A stretch of 64,000 bases of DNA from an uncultured Verrucomicrobiae bacterium (GTDB lineage Bacteria > Verrucomicrobiota > Verrucomicrobiia > Chthoniobacterales > UBA10450): the NCBI GenBank assembly GCA_963756875.1, contig CAVWPA010000003.1:160001-224000 (forward strand), given 5' to 3'. The position numbers and the translations under genes are program-made. This document shows, in pieces, positions 58,935 through 64,000 of this stretch. The notes below the pieces were generated by a model. That model saw nothing but the letters and a program-made list of their open reading frames with translations, was not told the DNA's origin and did no database searches. Each line of letters opens with the position of its first letter. The stretch's first letter is position 1.

Positions 58935-59446
58935 ATGAGCGCGCCACAGATTGCCATCGCCACCACGCCTGAGGAAATTCGGCGTTGTCATCCGGTCATG
59001 CGCGAATTGCGCTCCCATCTCTCCGACCCGGAAAGATTTGTCGAGCGTGTTCAACGGCAACAAAAGGAAGGGTACTTGCTCGCCTTTCTGGAAACTGATG
59101 ACGAAATCCGCGCGGTAGCGGGTTATCGGTTTCTTGAATCGCTCTTTTCCGGAAAGTTTCTTTACGTGGACGATCTGGTCACGCGCGAAAGCGACCGCTC
59201 ACGAGGCTTTGGCGCCCAATTGTTCGATTGGCTGGTGGAACAGGGGCGAAAACAGGGCTGCGAAAATCTCGAGCTGGATTCCGGCGTGCAGCGATTCGGC
59301 GCGCACCGTTTTATCTCGTCAAGCGCATGAAAATTTCCTCCTATCATTTCGGATTAAATTGTGAGGGCCGTCTGAGCCGATCCGAAAAGATTGGCAAACG
59401 TATCCGTGAAATCCGCGTAATCCGCGGTTATGGAAAGAGCTTATGA
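58935..59446 (+). pseudogene. GNAT N-acetyltransferase, frameshifted at the T4 run 59309-59312 (possibly a sequencing indel)
   Basis: LYVDDLVT..RSRGFG..LELDSGVQRFGAHRF, and the expected YLVKRMKISSYHF continues in the -1 frame. Confidence 0.85.
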
Positions 59447-59784
59447 AAAACGAAAATCCCTGGATTGAAATTTGCCCCGGCATCAAACGCCGAACGATGG
59501 CCAACGGGCGCACCATGTATCAAATGGTGGCCGAGTTGGACGCCGGCAGCAAAATGCCGGAGCACCAGCATCCGCAGGAACAAATCGTCCACATTCTCAA
59601 GGGCCGGATGAAGTTAATCGTCAATGGCAAGCCGCACGAGCTTGCGACCGGCGATTCGTTTTACCTGGACAGCCACGTCCCGCACGGCGTGGAGACGCTC
59701 GAAGAAACACGCGTCCTGGACACATTCAGTCCGCCGCGCAACGAATATCTCGCCATCGACGAAGCCAATCGCCAGCGGAAATGA
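59443..59784 (+). CDS. Cupin domain protein
   Basis: PEHQHPQEQ, GDSFY..VPHGV, LDTFSPPR. Confidence 0.9.
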   Translation: MKNENPWIEICPGIKRRTMANGRTMYQMVAELDAGSKMPEHQHPQEQIVHILKGRMKLIVNGKPHELATGDSFYLDSHVPHGVETLEETRVLDTFSPPRNEYLAIDEANRQRK

Positions 59785-59926
59785 TAATCATGACGACAGG
59801 CGCGGGCCGGCTTTCCAGCTTGTAACTGGCAATTGACCAACACTACCCTGCCGGAAAATCGCCTTATAAAACGCTCGCTTTCCAATTCGCGCCAATGTTA
59901 GGCTCCGCGCCTAACCCAAACACAAC

Positions 59927-60178
59927 ATGTTACACATTATCTGGTCGATCATCATCGGTTTCATCGTCGGTTGGCTTGCTAAAACCATCATGGGCTTTCA
60001 TATGGCCCTCTGGCTGACAGCGGTCCTGGGCATCGGTGGCTCAATCGTCGGCGGTTTGATTGCACGGTTGTTTTCCAAGCCCGCACCCGGTTCGGCTTTT
60101 CATCCGGCTGGGTTGATCCTGTCGATCATCGGCGCGATCATTCTGCTCTGGGTTTGGGGGACGTTTGTGCACGTCTAA
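59927..60178 (+). CDS. GlsB/YeaQ/YmgE family membrane protein
   Basis: IIGFIVGWLA, LGIGGSIVGG, SIIGAIILL. Confidence 0.9.
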   Translation: MLHIIWSIIIGFIVGWLAKTIMGFHMALWLTAVLGIGGSIVGGLIARLFSKPAPGSAFHPAGLILSIIGAIILLWVWGTFVHV

Positions 60179-60181
60179 CCG

Positions 60182-60616
60182 GTGAAAACGCGCGACTTCT
60201 GCAGCGATTCGGAAGTCGCCGCATTGGTCGAGGCATTCGAGGCGGCGATGATTCCCGCCGCCGAGTTCACCCACGCCGCGCACGTTGCCGTGGCGCTGGC
60301 ATATCTGGAAGAACTGCCGCTGAGTCACGCGCTCGAACGAATGCGTGAAAAGATTCGCGCGTTCGCCGCTCACCACGGCGCCAATGGGCTTTATCACGAA
60401 ACCCTCACCACGTTCTGGATGCGGCTCCTCGATCACATCGCGGCCACTTATCGGGATGATTCATTGCGCCTTCCACTGTGGCGCCGGATCAATCTGATTG
60501 TTGGAAACTGGGGCAACCGGCGCCCGGTCGAGCAACACTATTCACCCGGACTGATTGCCTCTCAGGCTGCGCGCGAGACGTGGGTCTCCCCGGACCGTTT
60601 GCCGATTCCATTTTAA
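60182..60616 (+). CDS. Hypothetical protein (FTHAAH / YHETLT family)
   Basis: Motif-like [24 protein letters not shown]. Confidence 0.75.
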   Translation: MKTRDFCSDSEVAALVEAFEAAMIPAAEFTHAAHVAVALAYLEELPLSHALERMREKIRAFAAHHGANGLYHETLTTFWMRLLDHIAATYRDDSLRLPLWRRINLIVGNWGNRRPVEQHYSPGLIASQAARETWVSPDRLPIPF

Positions 60617-60725
60617 CAGCAGCCTGGCATCGCTGATGCCGGCCTCGCCATTCCAGACGAGATCGGGGCCGCACCTTCCCGGCACTTGCGAACACCGGTT
60701 ATTCGTCTACACTAGCGGCCTCGAA

Positions 60726-60989
60726 ATGGCAGAGAACACGGAAACGCTGGACATCAAGCAGTTCCAGTTGCATGCAAAGGACACCGGCAGTGCCGACGTT
60801 CAAGTCGCCCTGCTGACGCGCCGGATCGCGCAGCTGACCGAACACTTGAAGAGCCACGCCAAAGACCACTCCTCGCGCCGCGGCCTTCTTAAAATGGTCG
60901 CTCAGCGCCGGAGCTTGCTCGATTATTTGAGCCGGTCGCAAGCCGATCGCTATAAAAAGCTGATCGACAAGTTGAGCCTGCGGAAGTAA
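60726..60989 (+). CDS. rpsO: 30S ribosomal protein S15
   Basis: [26 protein letters not shown]. Confidence 0.97.
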   Translation: MAENTETLDIKQFQLHAKDTGSADVQVALLTRRIAQLTEHLKSHAKDHSSRRGLLKMVAQRRSLLDYLSRSQADRYKKLIDKLSLRK

Positions 60990-61022
60990 CGCAGCGGTCC
61001 CCCGACTGCGGGATTTTTGTTT
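60990..61022 (+). terminator. Putative intrinsic terminator after rpsO
   Basis: CGCAG...CTGCG stem followed by GGATTTTTGTTT. Confidence 0.45.
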
Positions 61023-61070
61023 GGCTCCGCGTTTTGGTCCTAAGCCAGATCGAAAAACAACAAGAATAAC

Positions 61071-61189
61071 GCGAAGGCCAGGCCGACCAAGCCACCTTGG
61101 ATTTTAGGTTTTAGCATCGTCCCTCGATCTCAGGTCGAGCGAAGCGGGATTAAAACCTACAGTCAGGGTGACCGCGGCCTGGAACTCGC
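61071..61189 (+). promoter_or_regulatory. Long hairpin in the pnp leader
   Basis: Nested stems CCAGGCCG/CGGCCTGG, CACCTT/AGGGTG, TAGGTTTTA/TAAAACCTA. Confidence 0.65.
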
Positions 61190-61206
61190 AAATCCAGGAA
61201 AAACAT

Positions 61207-63372
61207 ATGCAAAAGAAGGTCACGGCCCAAATTGGGGCCCATCAAATCTCGATCGAAACAGGCAAACTCGCCAAGCTCGCGGACGGCGCGGTTGTTGTTC
61301 AATGCGGCGACACCATGATACTGGCGAGCGCAGTCTCCGCCACCGCCATCAAGGAAGGTCAGAATTATTTCCCGCTCATGGTCGATTACCGCGAAAAGGC
61401 GGCGGCGGCCGGAAAATTTCCCGGCGGCTATTTCAAACGCGAAGGCCGTCCCACCGAAAAAGAAACGCTCACGTCGCGAATGATCGATCGGCCACTGCGG
61501 CCGCTTTTCCCGCACGGATATTTCTACGACACACAGATCATTTCCATTCTGCTGAGCGCGGACGGCCAGAACGATCCGGACATCCTCGCGATCAACGGCG
61601 CGTCGGCCGCTCTTTGCGTGTCGGACATTCCGTTCGCCGGCCCGATCGGCGCGGTGCGCGTTGGCCGCGTCAACGGCCAGTTTATCGCAAACCCGACTCA
61701 CGCCGAGCGTCAGGAGAGCGATCTCGATCTGATTTACGTGGGGTTGGAAAACGACGTCATCATGATCGAAGGCGCCGCCAACGAAATTCCGGAAGCGGAG
61801 TTCGTGAAGGCGCTTGAGTTCGCCCATGAGCACGCGCGCGAGATGATTCGAATTCAAAAGGAACTCGCCGCGCAGATTGGCAAACCGAAAAGAGAGATGC
61901 CGTTGCTGCAGGTAAGGCCGGAGTTGCTCGAGATCGCCTATGAAGTTGCCGGCAACCGGATAGAAAGCGCGCTCTACACGGATGGCAAGGTTGCCCGCGC
62001 CAAGATGGTGGCGGCGCTGCGCGAAGACGTAAAGACCGCCATTCTGGATAAACAACCGGAGACCGACGCGTTTTCGATATCGCAGGCATTCGATTACGTG
62101 CAGAAAAAGGCGTTCCGGGTCAGCATTTTGGAGAAGCAAAAACGTGTCGACGGCCGAGGTTATCAGGATTTGCGATCGATCGGTTGCGAAGTCAGCGTGC
62201 TGCCGCGCGCCCATGGCTCGGCCATCTTTCAACGCGGCGAAACGCAGGCGCTTGCATTGGCGACGCTCGCGCCGATCGAAGAAGCGCAAATGCTCGACGC
62301 ATACGGTGGCGGCGAACAATCGAAGCGTTTCATTTTACACTATAACTTTCCGCCATTCAGCGTGGGCGAAACCGGCCGAACAGGCGGGCCCGGGCGGCGC
62401 GAGATCGGGCATGGCGCATTGGCCGAGCGCTCGCTCGCGCCGATCGTGCCCAACGAGAACGATTTCCGTTACGCCATTCGCATATCCAGCGAGATCATGG
62501 AATCGAACGGATCGACCTCGATGGCGAGCGTATGCGGCGGAATGCTTTCGCTCATGGACGCCGGCGTGCCGGTTAAGGGAATTGTGGCGGGAATTTCCGT
62601 GGGACTCGTCACCGAGCATGGCGACGATCAGCAATTGAAGCGTTACGAGCTTCTCACCGACATCATCGGCTCGGAAGACCATTTCGGCGACATGGATTTC
62701 AAACTGTGCGGGACCGACAACGGTGTCACCGGTTATCAGCTCGACCTGAAACTGCCCGGCATCAGTCACAAAATCATGTCCGAGGCAATTTACCGCGCGA
62801 AGGAAGCGCGCACGAAGATCCTCGGGATCATGCGCAGCGCTCTCGACAAACCGCGAGCGGAGTTGTCGAAGTACGCGCCGCGCATCGAAACGATCAAGAT
62901 CAATCCGGAGAAAATCGGTGCACTCATCGGCCCGGGTGGCAAGACCATCAAGGGAATTGTCGCGGAAACCGGTGCCGAAATTAACATCGAGGACGACGGC
63001 TCGGTCCACATTTACGCGACCAGCGGTGAATCGATGGCGCGCGCGAAAGAGATCATCGGCGGCATGGCCAAGGAGATCGAGATCGGCGTGATGTATCAAG
63101 GCCGCGTCGTTTCGACGAAGGAGTTCGGCGCGTTTGTTGAAGTCCTTCCCGGAAAGGACGGTCTCGTCCACATCTCCGAGCTCGCCGACTTCAGGGTAAA
63201 GCGCACCGAGGACGTCGTGAAAGCCGGCGACATCGTCTGGGTGAAATGCATCGGGATCGACGATAAAGGCCGGGTGAAACTTTCGCGCAAAGCCGCGCTA
63301 AAGGAACGCGCCGAAGCGGAGACCGGCCAGCCGGCGCCCGCTTCCGACGATTACGAGCCCGCGCGACATTAA
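61207..63372 (+). CDS. pnp: Polyribonucleotide nucleotidyltransferase
   Basis: [37 protein letters not shown] and S1 domains. Confidence 0.98.
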   Translation: MQKKVTAQIGAHQISIETGKLAKLADGAVVVQCGDTMILASAVSATAIKEGQNYFPLMVDYREKAAAAGKFPGGYFKREGRPTEKETLTSRMIDRPLRPLFPHGYFYDTQIISILLSADGQNDPDILAINGASAALCVSDIPFAGPIGAVRVGRVNGQFIANPTHAERQESDLDLIYVGLENDVIMIEGAANEIPEAEFVKALEFAHEHAREMIRIQKELAAQIGKPKREMPLLQVRPELLEIAYEVAGNRIESALYTDGKVARAKMVAALREDVKTAILDKQPETDAFSISQAFDYVQKKAFRVSILEKQKRVDGRGYQDLRSIGCEVSVLPRAHGSAIFQRGETQALALATLAPIEEAQMLDAYGGGEQSKRFILHYNFPPFSVGETGRTGGPGRREIGHGALAERSLAPIVPNENDFRYAIRISSEIMESNGSTSMASVCGGMLSLMDAGVPVKGIVAGISVGLVTEHGDDQQLKRYELLTDIIGSEDHFGDMDFKLCGTDNGVTGYQLDLKLPGISHKIMSEAIYRAKEARTKILGIMRSALDKPRAELSKYAPRIETIKINPEKIGALIGPGGKTIKGIVAETGAEINIEDDGSVHIYATSGESMARAKEIIGGMAKEIEIGVMYQGRVVSTKEFGAFVEVLPGKDGLVHISELADFRVKRTEDVVKAGDIVWVKCIGIDDKGRVKLSRKAALKERAEAETGQPAPASDDYEPARH

Positions 63373-63566
63373 GCTTCTGTTTGTGGCGGCGCTCTATCCG
63401 TCGCTTCGTAGCTGCGCGAAGGCGGATGAGCGTCGGACTAATGAATGCGACGGTCACAGATTGATTCGCGCTCGCCCGAGACGCTCACCCGATTCCCATC
63501 GGGCTATGCAGTCCACCCGGCGGCTTCCCAGCACGCCGTGTTGCCGCTACAGTTTCCGGTCCTGCG

Positions 63567-64000
63567 ATGAAATCCGGATTTCTCGAAAAACTGATTGGCC
63601 GCCTCGGCAAAATCGGACCCGAGGAGGTGCAGAATTATTTTCTGCGGCTGGCGCAGGAGAAAGGGTTCTTCGAAACGGTCTTCAACGCCATCCAGGAAGG
63701 GATCATCGTGACCGATGCCAACGGGCGCATTACTTATCTCAACGAAGCTGCGTGCGAACTGTTCGGGCTCAATCCCGAACAATCGGCTGGAAAACGGCTG
63801 GATGAACAAGTGCGCGGTCTCGACTGGGGCGCGCTTGTCCAGAGCGGCGGGCCGGTTAGCCGTGATATGGAGATTTTTTATCCGACAAACCGGTTCATCA
63901 ATTTTTACATTGTACCGCTGACCATTGAGAGAGAGGACGAGGGCGGAGATGCCGCTCCTGCTTCACCGCGGTCGGCGATCACGGCTACAGCCGGAGCCCA
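63567..64000 (+). CDS. PAS-domain protein, probably a sensor histidine kinase (runs off the window)
   Basis: Manual translation MKSGFLEKLIGRL...ETVFNAIQEGIIVTDANGRITYLNEAACELFG. No stop before the edge. The kinase domain is not visible. Confidence 0.8.
   Translation, partial: MKSGFLEKLIGRLGKIGPEEVQNYFLRLAQEKGFFETVFNAIQEGIIVTDANGRITYLNEAACELFGLNPEQSAGKRLDEQVRGLDWGALVQSGGPVSRDMEIFYPTNRFINFYIVPLTIEREDEGGDAAPASPRSAITATAGA

Noticed and set aside
61150..63171. Long antisense ORFs (389 and 278 aa) opposite pnp, and similar shadows opposite metK, ahcY, aspS and leuS
   Set aside because: Expected shadow ORFs in GC-rich DNA, with no domain motifs.

Overview
Bacterial chromosome segment of mostly housekeeping genes. 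Gene content and protein style suggest Verrucomicrobiota, Chthoniobacterales/'Ca. Udaeobacter'-like (inference, not a database result). It contains PBP2 (partial), uvrC, folD, ubiX, xylB, bioF, mtnP, miaB, dnaA-dnaN, def, two TonB/ExbB/ExbD loci, aspS, hisS, galE, mscL, leuS, rdgB, a SahR-like regulator divergent from metK-ahcY, a CbiX/GAF/DR2241-like cluster, a sigma54 response regulator, rpsO-pnp and a partial PAS sensor protein. Two things stand out. (1) A compact RiPP-like cassette at 42.1-43.4 kb: a promoter, a 55-aa Lys-rich peptide ending SSPVLYYHRL, and a translationally coupled SagB/ThcOx-type FMN oxidase with an RRE-like N-terminus and no YcaO. It lies between two paralogous membrane TolB-like/TPR proteins, one fused to a class III nucleotide cyclase, so it may be a modified-peptide signalling system. 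(2) Several families of short palindromic or heptamer repeats occur between genes, nest inside one another, and sit in frame inside conserved genes (leuS, uvrC, miaB, aspS, an 8-oxoG glycosylase, an amidohydrolase and others). There are also two unassigned structured-RNA candidates, a decayed mannosyltransferase next to a sulfotransferase, and three single-base frameshifts that may be assembly errors. No rRNA, tRNA, CRISPR array, transposase or integrase was seen.
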